A DNA stretch of 64,000 nucleotides, from NCBI GenBank assembly GCA_028692765.1, contig JAQUWT010000001.1:15695-79694 (forward strand), written 5' to 3'. The notes under the pieces are model-generated. The model was not told where the DNA came from, made no database searches, and was given only the letters and a program-made list of their open reading frames with translations. A program made the translations under genes and the position numbers. The stretch comes from Patescibacteria group bacterium. GTDB taxonomy: Bacteria; Patescibacteriota; Patescibacteriia; Patescibacteriales; UBA12465. This document shows, piece after piece, positions 1-8,940 of this stretch (positions are counted from its first letter, which is position 1; each line of letters begins with the position of its first letter).

Positions 1-1698
1 TCCCCATTCTTTTATTTTTGCCTGTTTTTCTTCGTCGCTATAAGCATAGGCTACGCTGGTGCCTTTCTTAATTTGATAGAGAGGAGGTTGGGCGATATAG
101 ATGTGCCCCTGTTCGATTAAGGGAGCGAAATGGCGGAAGAAGAGAGTTAGAAGCAGGGTGCGGATATGAGCGCCGTCGACATCGGCATCTGTCATGATGA
201 TAATGCGGTGGTATCTTAACTTTTCTAAATCGAATTGGTCGTCGATGTTAGCGCCTAGAGCGATAATCAAATTTTTGATTTCATTATTGGCCAGCATTTT
301 GTCTAATCGCGCCCTTTCAACATTAAGGATTTTGCCGCGCAGGGGAAGAATCGCTTGGAATTTTCGGTCGCGTCCTTGCTTGGCGCTGCCACCGGCGGAG
401 TCACCCTCGACGATATAGAGTTCGCATTCTTCCGGATGGCGGCTGGAGCAGTCGGCCAGTTTTCCTGGTAAGGTCATCCCTTCTAAGGCGCCTTTGCGCA
501 AAATAGTGGCGCGGGCGGTGCGGGCCGCTAAGCGGGCTTGGGCGGACAGGACGCATTTGCCGATAATCGCTTCCGCTTCCTTCGGGTGTTCTTCTAGAAA
601 GATATTAAAAGCGTCGCCCATTATCTGTTCGACATAGCCTTTCATTTCCGCGTTGCCGAGTTTGCCTTTAGTCTGGCCTTCAAATTGAGGTTCCGGCAGT
701 TTGACGCTAACAATGGCGGTGAGGCCTTCGCGCACATCTTCGCCGCTCAAATTTTCTTGTTTTTCTTTAAGAATATTTTTGGTGCGTCCGTAATTATTGA
801 GGGTGCGGGTTAAAGCGCTGCGGAAGCCGACCAAGTGCGTGCCGCCTTCGGGGTTATGGATATTATTAGCAAAAGCAAGGACGGTTTCATTATATTCATC
901 GTTATATTGCAGGGCGACTTCAACGCGGCAGTCATTAATTTCTTTATCAATATAAAAGACGGTTTCATTTTTGACGGTTTTGCCGCGGTGCAGGGATTTG
1001 ATATATGATTTGACGCCGCCTTCGAAATGGAAGCGGTAGTGTTTTTCTCGATGGCCTTCGCGCTTATCCAAAACGTTTAGGGTAATACCTTTAGTCAGAT
1101 ATGATTGCTGGCGCAAGCGGTCAAGAATTTTGCCCCAGTTGAATTCTAATTCTGTAAAAATTGAAGCATCCGGCTTGAAGGTGATGATAGTGCCGGTGCC
1201 TTCTGTTTTGCCGATATTTTTTACCGCTCCTTGCGGGATGCCGGTTTTATATTCCTGCACCCACGCTTTGCCGTCGCGGTGCACTTCCGCTTTGAGATAT
1301 TCGCTTAAGGCATTGACCACGGAAACGCCGACGCCGTGCAGGCCGCCGGAGACTTTGTAGCCACCGCCGCCAAATTTGCCGCCGGCGTGGAGTTTGGTCA
1401 AAACTGTTTCCAAAGCGGAAAGGCCGGTCACCTTATGTTTCTCTACAGGGATGCCGCGGCCGTTATCGGCGACTTCAACTAAACGTCCGGGTAAAAGAGA
1501 GACGGAAATTTCGTTGGCATAACCAGCCATCGCTTCGTCGATACAATTATCCACTACTTCCCAAATCAAATGATGAAGGCCGGCGGCGGAAGTCGAACCA
1601 ATATACATGCCCGGGCGTTTTCTGACCGGGTCAAGGCCTTCTAAAACGGTGATGGCGTCTGCCCCATAATTACTGTTTTTTTGTTCATCTTTAGCCAT
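1..1698 (-). CDS. gyrB: DNA gyrase subunit B (5' part; runs off window start)
   Basis: Manual translation from ATG at 1698: MAKDEQKNSNYGADAITVLEGLDPVRKRPGMYIGST; also GGLHGVGVSVVNALS, ELYIVEGDSAGG and IIMTDADVDGAHI motifs. Not in ORF track because truncated. Confidence 0.97.
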   Translation of the reverse strand, partial: MAKDEQKNSNYGADAITVLEGLDPVRKRPGMYIGSTSAAGLHHLIWEVVDNCIDEAMAGYANEISVSLLPGRLVEVADNGRGIPVEKHKVTGLSALETVLTKLHAGGKFGGGGYKVSGGLHGVGVSVVNALSEYLKAEVHRDGKAWVQEYKTGIPQGAVKNIGKTEGTGTIITFKPDASIFTELEFNWGKILDRLRQQSYLTKGITLNVLDKREGHREKHYRFHFEGGVKSYIKSLHRGKTVKNETVFYIDKEINDCRVEVALQYNDEYNETVLAFANNIHNPEGGTHLVGFRSALTRTLNNYGRTKNILKEKQENLSGEDVREGLTAIVSVKLPEPQFEGQTKGKLGNAEMKGYVEQIMGDAFNIFLEEHPKEAEAIIGKCVLSAQARLAARTARATILRKGALEGMTLPGKLADCSSRHPEECELYIVEGDSAGGSAKQGRDRKFQAILPLRGKILNVERARLDKMLANNEIKNLIIALGANIDDQFDLEKLRYHRIIIMTDADVDGAHIRTLLLTLFFRHFAPLIEQGHIYIAQPPLYQIKKGTSVAYAYSDEEKQAKIKEWG

Positions 1699-1902
1699 AG
1701 AAAGAAAAAAAATTCCTGTTTGCGGAATCGTATTTTAATAAGTTTTACTATCAATTTCTTAATCTTATTATAGCAAAATTATTTGAGTAAAGCAAACTGG
1801 CTGGAAGCTTTATTTTTAGCTAAAAATAGTTATTATTAATTAATAATTTTAGCGTTTTAAAACTCTAAAAACTAATTATTTTATGTAGATTGTTTGGCAA
1901 AC

Positions 1903-1935
1903 AAAAAAAACTTCCGTAATGTCTGGAAGTTTTTT
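1903..1935. terminator. Intrinsic terminator hairpin downstream of hemerythrin gene
   Basis: aaaaaaaacttcc...ggaagtttttttt inverted repeat with A/T tails. Confidence 0.6.
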
Positions 1936-1944
1936 TGAGATATT

Positions 1945-2361
1945 TTATTTAACGCCGTTGGCCTGGAGGAAGGGAACGTAGGCGCGATCGGTATTATTGA
2001 TATGCCAGGTCCACCAATTTTGAAGGAATTCAGATATTTCGAAAAAAATTGCCGGGTTCTTGTCTTGATTATAGCGCTGGCGCCATTCCTCTATTTTGGC
2101 CTTATACTGTTCATGAATTTTAATATGTTCATCCTTTTTTTCATAACCGAAAAGTTGAAAATATTTTTCTTCTGTGGAGAAATGGTAGATGGCGTAATCA
2201 GCCAATTCTTGGATTACATGGTCCATCTGATTGTTTTCCGTGTATTTTTTTTCATCAACCATGGCGTAGAGCTCATTAATGAGAGCAAGGATGCGTTGAT
2301 GTTGAGCGTCAATTTCGCTGATGCCCAATTTGAATTCGTCTTTCCATTCTATTAAAGGCAT
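1945..2361 (-). CDS. Bacteriohemerythrin
   Basis: WKDEFKLGISEIDAQH, HFSTEE, HIKIH, WWTWHINNTD di-iron ligand pattern. Confidence 0.93.
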   Translation of the reverse strand: MPLIEWKDEFKLGISEIDAQHQRILALINELYAMVDEKKYTENNQMDHVIQELADYAIYHFSTEEKYFQLFGYEKKDEHIKIHEQYKAKIEEWRQRYNQDKNPAIFFEISEFLQNWWTWHINNTDRAYVPFLQANGVK

Positions 2362-2523
2362 ATTTTTATTTTAGTTTTTAATACTAAAATAATACCATTT
2401 TTGTAAAATAGAGTCAAAAAATAAAAATGTTTTTTTCTAGTAATTGACAATTTTTTCCTTATTGACAATTATAGTTTTTATGTTATATTGGTTTCTGTTG
2501 TTCATTCTAAATTGTAATAATTT

Positions 2524-2763
2524 ATGCGAAGAAAAAAGCAGAAAGAGACTACCAGCGTCTTTGAAATAGCTGGCAATTTGATAAAAGGTCTAAGAACAAA
2601 AAAGGTGGTCTTGCCATCAGTTGGCAGACCTAGTAACAAAAAACGCTGCCATGAATGCAGTACCTGGTATGATGACAATCGTACTGTGTGCCCAAATGCG
2701 CACATGCATCAGCCCGCCTATCGTCCGCCCATTGGCAGACATAGGGGCAATTTTGATTTTTAA
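2524..2763 (+). CDS. Small basic orphan protein with possible Zn-ribbon
   Basis: CHEC-x10-CPN; own TTGACA (2462-2467)/TATATT promoter and ccttccc-gggaagg-T terminator (~2783-2808). Confidence 0.55.
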   Translation: MRRKKQKETTSVFEIAGNLIKGLRTKKVVLPSVGRPSNKKRCHECSTWYDDNRTVCPNAHMHQPAYRPPIGRHRGNFDF

Positions 2764-2864
2764 AATTTTTACTTCGTTGTTTGCCTTCCCCCAGGGGAAG
2801 GTTTTTTATTAAAGGCGTCATAAATATTTGGCAATTTTTTGCTTTTGCGCTATTATTTTCTTAT

Positions 2865-3794
2865 ATGTCAAAGATTTTAGTGACTGGCGGCGCCGGCTTC
2901 ATCGGTTCCACTTTAGTTGATAAATTAATTGATTTAGGTCATGAAGTTACCGTTTTGGATAACTTAATTTCCGGCTCCCGCGATTATCTTAATCCGCGGG
3001 CGGAGTTTTGGGAAATGGATATCCTGGATAATAGTCTACGGGAGCGTTTTCAGGCAGCTGCTTTTGAGTTGGTCTATCATCTGGCCGCCCAGATTGACGT
3101 GCGGAAATCGGTGGCCGACCCGGAATTTGATAATCAAGTTAATATTTTAGGCGGTTTGAATATCCTCCAAGCTTCTCAGGCGAGCGGGGTAAAGAAAGTC
3201 ATTTTTGCTTCTACGGGCGGCGCCATTTACGGCGAGGCGGAAGAAATTCCTACCAGCGAATACGCTCCGACTTATCCGCTTTCGCCTTATGGCATCAATA
3301 AGCTGGCTTTGGAAAAATACCTTAATTATTATTATCAGGTTTTTGGTTTAAACTATACGATTTTGCGTTTTGCCAATGTTTACGGACCGCGCCAGTACAA
3401 GGGCGGAGAAGCGGGGGTGATTGCGATTTTTACGGAGGCGATGGCTCACGATAAGCCTTGCATTCTTTACGGCGACGGCAAACAGACCCGCGATTTCGTT
3501 TATGTCGATGATGTGGTAGCGGCTTTAGTTTTAGCCGGTGATATTGATTGCCGCGGCGAGATTAATATCAGCACCGCTCAAGAAGTTGATATGTGGGCGA
3601 TGGTGGCGGCGATTGAAAGCGCTGCCGGCGCCAAATTGAAATTAGAATTAGCTCCGTCTAGAGCGGGGGAGCAGCGCCGCAGCGTCTTGCTCAATCGGCG
3701 GGCGCTGGAAACTTTGAATTGGCGGCCGCAGGTGGAATTTACTGAAGGCGTGCGCCGTACTTATGAGTGGGTAAAAAACAACGGTAAAAATTAG
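2865..3794 (+). CDS. NAD-dependent epimerase/dehydratase (UDP-glucose 4-epimerase-like)
   Basis: VTGGAGFIGS, YGINK (YxxxK), NVYGP; start moved to MSKILV at 2865. Confidence 0.92.
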   Translation: MSKILVTGGAGFIGSTLVDKLIDLGHEVTVLDNLISGSRDYLNPRAEFWEMDILDNSLRERFQAAAFELVYHLAAQIDVRKSVADPEFDNQVNILGGLNILQASQASGVKKVIFASTGGAIYGEAEEIPTSEYAPTYPLSPYGINKLALEKYLNYYYQVFGLNYTILRFANVYGPRQYKGGEAGVIAIFTEAMAHDKPCILYGDGKQTRDFVYVDDVVAALVLAGDIDCRGEINISTAQEVDMWAMVAAIESAAGAKLKLELAPSRAGEQRRSVLLNRRALETLNWRPQVEFTEGVRRTYEWVKNNGKN

Positions 3795-3824
3795 AGCCGG
3801 TTTTTATAATCTTCTTATATTCTT

Positions 3825-4553
3825 ATGAAAATATTTATTGCTAATTGGAAAATGCAGCTTAGCCCGGAAGAATCGGTGCGGACCGCCCGAAGTTTCGCGC
3901 GTGTTTTTAAAAATTACCAAGGCCAAGCGGTGCTGTGCCCGGATTTTCTTTCTTTGGCGGCCGTTTCAAAAATTTTAGCCAAGAGCCCCCTTGTCCTCGG
4001 TTCTCAGGATTTATCCGCCTTTGAACGCGGCGCCTATACCGGGGAAATTTCTCCTGTCGATTTGCAATCTTTAGGCGTAAAATATTCTTTAATCGGCCAT
4101 AGTGAGCGTCGCGCTTATCTTCAGGAATCAGATAAATTATTGGCGGCTAAGATTAAAGCGGCGGTTAGCAACAAGATTGTTCCGGTCCTCTGCGTCGGTG
4201 AAAACGCCTTAGAAAGAAAGCAGGGTAGGGCGATGGCGGTTATTAAAGCCCAGTTGAAAGGAGCCTTGCAGTCTTTGCCGACAGCGACTTTACGCTCTTT
4301 AATTATCGCCTATGAACCGGTGTGGGCTATCGGCACTGGACTTAATTGCGACCGTGAGCAAGCTTTGCGCGTCAAGGCGACTATTAATGAATGGTGCCGG
4401 CGCGGCGGTTTTAAGAAAATTCCCGTTTTATACGGTGGCAGCGTCAAGCCGGAAAACGCCGTTTCTTTCCTGGGTAATGACGGTTTTGACGGACTCTTAG
4501 TCGGCGGTGCCAGCCTTGAGGCCTCTAGTTTTTATCAGATTGCCGCGCTTTAA
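3825..4553 (+). CDS. tpiA: Triosephosphate isomerase
   Basis: ANWKM, IGHSERR, AYEPVWAIGTG, LYGGSV, LVGGASL. Confidence 0.97.
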   Translation: MKIFIANWKMQLSPEESVRTARSFARVFKNYQGQAVLCPDFLSLAAVSKILAKSPLVLGSQDLSAFERGAYTGEISPVDLQSLGVKYSLIGHSERRAYLQESDKLLAAKIKAAVSNKIVPVLCVGENALERKQGRAMAVIKAQLKGALQSLPTATLRSLIIAYEPVWAIGTGLNCDREQALRVKATINEWCRRGGFKKIPVLYGGSVKPENAVSFLGNDGFDGLLVGGASLEASSFYQIAAL

Positions 4554-4572
4554 TTTTTTTATCATTATTATT

Positions 4573-5385
4573 ATGCTCACCACCATTGCTTGGATTTTAG
4601 CTTCTCTATCTTTAGCCGCCATTATTTTTATTATCGTCCGCAAATTTCCCTCATTGGCGATTTTGAATGTAGACAATATTCCCGGAGAGAAAGAGGCAAA
4701 ATTTAAAGAGAAAATTATCCGCCAGCGAGTGGAGCGGGATTTTAATCGTCTGGGTACCGGCTTTGACCGCTTTCGCCGTCGCGTGGGTGGCATGATTAGC
4801 GGTTTTTTAAAGCGTCATTATCAGCTTTTAAGCAAGAAGCGCGATGATTTGCGCCGACAGAAGAAGCTAAGCTTTACGGAGAAGCGGGAAAAAATTTCGG
4901 CGTTATTCAATAAAGCGAAGGCGGCTATGTCTTTGGAAAGTTATGAAGAAGCGGAAAAGCATCTGATTGAAATCATCAGTCTTGATGCCAAGCGCTTGAG
5001 CGCATTTTTGGAATTGGCGGAAAGCTACCGTCTGCGCAAGAGTTTCCGAGAAGCGAAAGAAACCTTGGAGCATGCCTTGAAGCTGGCCCAGCAATTAAGC
5101 CGCGATCCGGAAATGCTTGAGGGAATAGTCCTGGCAGAAATCAGATTTTCTCTAGCCTGGGCTTGTTTTCAATTGGGCTTGCAAGCTGAAGCTTTGGAAT
5201 ATGGGCGCCAAGCCCTTGACGCCGAGCCTAATAATCCGCGCTACCTTGATTTAATTCTGGATTTAAGTATAATGAAAAAAGATAAAAAATCAGCGCTTGA
5301 CGCTTGGGAGAGATTGGCGGCAGTTAATCCGGAAAATAATAAGCTGCCGGAATTGCGCGCCAAGGTTGAGGAATTAGCTGATTAA
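4573..5385 (+). CDS. Membrane-anchored TPR-repeat protein
   Basis: N-terminal TM helix, basic linker, C-terminal TPR-like repeats (EAEKHL..., ALDAEPNNPRY, VNPEN); start at MLTTIAW. Confidence 0.75.
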   Translation: MLTTIAWILASLSLAAIIFIIVRKFPSLAILNVDNIPGEKEAKFKEKIIRQRVERDFNRLGTGFDRFRRRVGGMISGFLKRHYQLLSKKRDDLRRQKKLSFTEKREKISALFNKAKAAMSLESYEEAEKHLIEIISLDAKRLSAFLELAESYRLRKSFREAKETLEHALKLAQQLSRDPEMLEGIVLAEIRFSLAWACFQLGLQAEALEYGRQALDAEPNNPRYLDLILDLSIMKKDKKSALDAWERLAAVNPENNKLPELRAKVEELAD

Positions 5386-5394
5386 GAAGATAAA

Positions 5395-5470
5395 GCCGTT
5401 TTAGCTCAGTTGGTAGAGCATCTCCATGGTAAGGAGAAGGTCTCGGGTTCAAGTCCCGAAAACGGCTCCA
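5395..5470 (+). tRNA. tRNA-Thr(GGT), CCA encoded
   Basis: Cloverleaf: gccgttt/aaacggc acceptor, tctcc-atGGTaa-ggaga anticodon arm, ttcaagt T-loop. Confidence 0.96.
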
Positions 5471-5480
5471 GAAAAGAAAG

Positions 5481-5508
5481 AAGACTGCCTTTAAAGGCAG
5501 TCTTTTTT
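5481..5508. terminator. Bidirectional terminator between tRNA-Thr and convergent ORF
   Basis: Palindrome aagactgccttt/aaaggcagtctt followed by T-run. Confidence 0.75.
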
Positions 5509-5521
5509 ATGGGTTCGTAAC

Positions 5522-5953
5522 TTATTTTTTAAAGTATTCAATCACAGCCTCGTCGCCGTGAAGGTCAGTGATGAATTCACCATGCTCGGCCATCTCCTCT
5601 TCAAAATAATGGACATCGCTTTCAAAGAAAAAAATTTTGATAGTTGGATTTTTTTCTTTGATTTTTTTGATTACATCAAGAAGAGCTTTTTCTGCACCAT
5701 CCCAATGCATTAGGATATCATCATAGTCCATGTTCGCAGGTAGGCAGAATAGCACATCGGCTTTTTCTGCTTTTTCCCAGAAATCTTCCCGGTCATCATT
5801 TATAAAGCCTCCGATAAATTCCCAACAGAGTTTTTTCCCGGCTAATTTTTCTGTCAGGTGGTGAATAGCGCCTCCGCGGCAAAAATAATGGTTGTTGTGG
5901 TTTTTTTCTGGATATTGATTATGCCAGAAGAGTACTCTAATTTCTTTTTCCAT
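5522..5953 (-). CDS. Hypothetical protein (orphan)
   Basis: 143-aa ORF with consensus promoter upstream; no recognised family. Confidence 0.65.
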   Translation of the reverse strand: MEKEIRVLFWHNQYPEKNHNNHYFCRGGAIHHLTEKLAGKKLCWEFIGGFINDDREDFWEKAEKADVLFCLPANMDYDDILMHWDGAEKALLDVIKKIKEKNPTIKIFFFESDVHYFEEEMAEHGEFITDLHGDEAVIEYFKK

Positions 5954-5990
5954 TTTAATGAACCTTTAAGTTAGTACTGAATTTTGCCTT

Positions 5991-6019
5991 ATTATAGAAT
6001 AAAGATTTATTTATGTCAA
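5991..6019 (-). promoter_or_regulatory. Consensus sigma70 promoter for 5522..5953
   Basis: Minus strand TTGACA (6019-6014)-17 nt-TATAAT (5996-5991). Confidence 0.8.
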
Positions 6020-6094
6020 GCTAAGTTTTTATGGTTATTTTGTGTAATTCTAGACAAATTATTGATAACTAAGTTGATTAAGTCTATGCTATTA

Positions 6095-6123
6095 TTGACA
6101 TAATATTAAAAAAATGATATAAT
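6095..6123 (+). promoter_or_regulatory. Consensus sigma70 promoter with extended -10 for 6218/6904 operon
   Basis: TTGACA-17 nt-TATAAT preceded by TG-N. Confidence 0.8.
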
Positions 6124-6217
6124 TTAGGGTCTAATAAGATAGGGTTCTATGCCTATCGATTAGATTGGCCTTTGAAAATTAAATAAAAACTAACATAAAA
6201 AGGGAGAACTTGGGTGC

Positions 6218-6883
6218 ATGAAAGAAGCCCGGTTATTGAAAATGGATTTAAAGAAAATCACATCAATCGGCGGGGTAATTCTTGGCCATGAATTGGTTGA
6301 GAAATTACTCGGCCTAGTATTTGAGGGCGTCCAGAAACATGGCGCCAAATTCATCCACTCTAACATCCTCGGTCTTGGGACCAACGATGAGGCCTTATTT
6401 AATTCCGCTATTGCTTATGCCATTTTTGGCTTGGGCGCTAATCCGGAAAAAATGATTATCGTTCTTGACGTCATTAACTCTTACGGCCGCCAGTCTAAGT
6501 CTAGAATCATACAGATTATAGGCAAGGATGAGCAGAGCGTGACCATTGAAGTCCCCGCCCTAAATGAAAATAAAGAGGTAATTACCGATAAAAAGGGAAA
6601 GCCACTTTTCAAAAAAGAGACCATCGTTGCCAATGTCCGGGGGGCTCAGACGTTACATTATTGGTCGACTTTGACCAAAGAGCAGGTAAAGACTGCCATT
6701 GAGGCTGGCAATATGCACAATCCCCTTGGCGATGCTGTTGCCAGGGCTATGTCTTCTGATAACATCAAGAGGTTTTTTGCCACAACTTATGATGCGACAA
6801 AAAATGGCTATGATAGTCTCGGTAGCGAATTGTTAAGAAGAGATAATCCAATAAGCCGTTGGGCTGACAAATTTCGTAAGTAA
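6218..6883 (+). CDS. Hypothetical protein
   Basis: 221-aa ORF downstream of consensus promoter; no recognisable motif. Confidence 0.7.
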   Translation: MKEARLLKMDLKKITSIGGVILGHELVEKLLGLVFEGVQKHGAKFIHSNILGLGTNDEALFNSAIAYAIFGLGANPEKMIIVLDVINSYGRQSKSRIIQIIGKDEQSVTIEVPALNENKEVITDKKGKPLFKKETIVANVRGAQTLHYWSTLTKEQVKTAIEAGNMHNPLGDAVARAMSSDNIKRFFATTYDATKNGYDSLGSELLRRDNPISRWADKFRK

Positions 6884-6903
6884 AATTTAAAGGAGGTAAA
6901 AAA

Positions 6904-8103
6904 ATGATAGCATTTATAGTTCCTATAGTTATCGTGGCCTTAGCAATCGGATTGATTGTTTCGCCAACTTTTCGCCAGGGAGTGGTCACAGTAGTCACTG
7001 ATGTAGTAACAATTGTTTTCGGTGTTACCAGGCAGTATGCCTTAATAGCCGGAGTAACAATTGCCGTGATGTTTTTCTGGATGTTTTTAGCCCTTATGAT
7101 TGGTTCCCCGATATTTTCGGGCTTAGTCTTTATAGCAGCAATTGCATTTTTCTTTGTCGTATGGCTGCCATTAGGGGCTGTTCTGAAAATTTTCGGTGTC
7201 AATAACGCCGTAGTTCCCGCATCAGTAAGGTCTTTTTTTGCCTGGATGGCCTTCGTTGGTTTCATGGCAATGATGACGCCCGATGTCTTTACCTTAAAGA
7301 CAACGTTAATTGCTTCTTTGGTCGCCATATTTATGGCGATGCTAACTTCCAAGTTTAATCTGCTTGAAAAGGTAGTCCTGCCACTCGTTGTCATTATGTG
7401 TTTGATTGGCGCTTGGAAATTAATTGCCCCAGACAGTTTCAGGGCGGTTGATCGTCACCGTTTAGCAATCGGCTCTTTATTCACCACTGCTAACGATCGT
7501 GGCTCCTTAAGAAAGGAGACCCGCGCCGCTTCTACCTTTGGCAAGCTTATTAAAGACGTGCCAGTTGTCTACATGGCTAATATGAATGGAGAAGAAATCA
7601 GTCAATTAACTGAAATTCAGGTTTCTTTGCCAAAAGGAACAATTGTCCTGCTATGCGACCAAAAAAAAGAAGTTAGTATTTTCCAGGGGCAATCATTTAT
7701 TGAGGTGAGACTCCCTAATAGCAATGGTTCTTTCGTTAATGGCCAGCGTTATTGGATTGAGTCTAATCTATTGGAAATTGGCACAATGGCCAGTTTAACT
7801 CCCGCCGAAACATCACGCGAGGAAAGACGGGTTGTCCGCGATACTGTTATATCTGTATCTTTCGGTCCCGGCACTCATCAGCTTCAGTTGAAGCCCGGCC
7901 AAATAGTAAGACTGATGACCACCCCATCAAAAGATGGGTGCGGCCTGCTTTCTATGTCTTCGCCAACCTATGCCTATCAGTTTAAATTTGATGGGCACAA
8001 TTGGGAGGCTGACGGGCCGGCTGTCCAATATCCGTACATGAGGTATCCCACCTGCTTGCTTCGCTCGCAGAGCGGGGATATCTTAACTATAAAAGTGCTG
8101 TAA
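6904..8103 (+). CDS. Hypothetical polytopic membrane protein with soluble beta-rich C-terminal region
   Basis: About six hydrophobic segments in first ~175 aa; strong SD AAGGAGGT at 6890-6897. Confidence 0.75.
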   Translation: MIAFIVPIVIVALAIGLIVSPTFRQGVVTVVTDVVTIVFGVTRQYALIAGVTIAVMFFWMFLALMIGSPIFSGLVFIAAIAFFFVVWLPLGAVLKIFGVNNAVVPASVRSFFAWMAFVGFMAMMTPDVFTLKTTLIASLVAIFMAMLTSKFNLLEKVVLPLVVIMCLIGAWKLIAPDSFRAVDRHRLAIGSLFTTANDRGSLRKETRAASTFGKLIKDVPVVYMANMNGEEISQLTEIQVSLPKGTIVLLCDQKKEVSIFQGQSFIEVRLPNSNGSFVNGQRYWIESNLLEIGTMASLTPAETSREERRVVRDTVISVSFGPGTHQLQLKPGQIVRLMTTPSKDGCGLLSMSSPTYAYQFKFDGHNWEADGPAVQYPYMRYPTCLLRSQSGDILTIKVL

Positions 8104-8121
8104 AAACAGCGCTAAATCTAT

Positions 8122-8155
8122 AGAGGTAACCATCACAGGTTGCCTCTTTTTTCTT
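8122..8155 (+). terminator. Intrinsic terminator after 6904..8103
   Basis: agaggtaacc...ggttgcctct followed by T-run. Confidence 0.7.
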
Positions 8156-8194
8156 TTTTGGGAAAATGTTATAATTAAATAAGAATTTATCTAT

Positions 8195-8560
8195 ATGAAA
8201 AAATTTATAATAGCTATTTCATTTTCTGTTTTTCTGTCGTTTAGTATTTTTTTTCCCGCTCTTGCCGGAACTTCCGCTTGCCCAAGCGGTGGCGTTTGCA
8301 TAGACAATCCTTTAGCCGCTGGCGGTATCGATTCTCCTCAAACTTTAATCGGTCGGGTTATTAATAGTATTCTGGGCGTGGTCGGTTCTTTAGCTTTAGT
8401 GATGTTTGTTTATGGCGGTTTATTATGGATGACTTCCGGCGGCAGCGCCGAACAGGTGAAAAAGGGCCGGGATATCCTTATTTGGGCGGCTATCGGCCTG
8501 GTAATCATCTTTTCCGCCTACGGTTTGGTACGTTTCGTGATTCAGGGTGTCGGCGCCTAA
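8195..8560 (+). CDS. CPR-type pilin (TrbC/VirB2-like)
   Basis: Signal peptide, NPL motif, 'MFVYGGLLWMTSGGSAEQVKKGRDILIWAAIGLVIIFSAY' pattern typical of the family. Confidence 0.8.
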   Translation: MKKFIIAISFSVFLSFSIFFPALAGTSACPSGGVCIDNPLAAGGIDSPQTLIGRVINSILGVVGSLALVMFVYGGLLWMTSGGSAEQVKKGRDILIWAAIGLVIIFSAYGLVRFVIQGVGA

Positions 8561-8689
8561 GTTATTTCATTTTTTAACAGATATTTCTTAAACCGCGCGG
8601 CGCTTCAGCGATTAGCGCGGTTTTGTTTGACAATTACTGAAAATTTTATATAATGGAAACAGCCTGGATTCAGGCGCTTTGTTTTAAAA

Positions 8690-8772
8690 GGGTCGGTACC
8701 GAAGCGGTCAAACGGGACAGACTGTAAATCTGTTGGCTCGCGCCTTCGCTGGTTCGAATCCAGCCCGGCCCA
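8690..8772 (+). tRNA. tRNA-Tyr(GTA)
   Basis: gggtcgg/ccggccc acceptor, acaga-ctGTAaa-tctgt anticodon arm, long variable arm, ttcgaat T-loop. Confidence 0.95.
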
Positions 8773-8834
8773 CTTGATTAAAAACTCCTTTTTGGAGTTT
8801 TTATTTTTCTCTTTTTCTGCTATAATCTTCTTAT

Positions 8835-8939
8835 ATGCCTTTAATCGACCCTGATAAAATCGGTTGGAGTTTGACCAAGATTTTTGCCGTGGAACTTTTT
8901 TCGCTGGCCATTATTTTATCCTTGGTCTTTATTTTATAA
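8835..8939 (+). CDS. Small membrane peptide (34 aa), not in ORF track
   Basis: MPLIDPDKIGWSLTKIFAVELFSLAIILSLVFIL*; TG-C-TATAAT at 8818-8826; stop 1 nt before mutM ATG. Confidence 0.55.
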   Translation: MPLIDPDKIGWSLTKIFAVELFSLAIILSLVFIL

Positions 8940-8940
8940 T

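Noticed and set aside
194-1360. Plus-strand ORFs 194..418 and 1130..1360
   Set aside because: Antisense shadows of gyrB. The same applies to the many short overlapping ORFs opposite the ABC-F, MacAB, antiporter and CopA genes.
5470-8155. Possible island at tRNA-Thr
   Set aside because: Orphan genes follow the tRNA, but I found no duplicated tRNA 3' end or integrase. The short cccgaaaac match near 12380 is too short to be meaningful.
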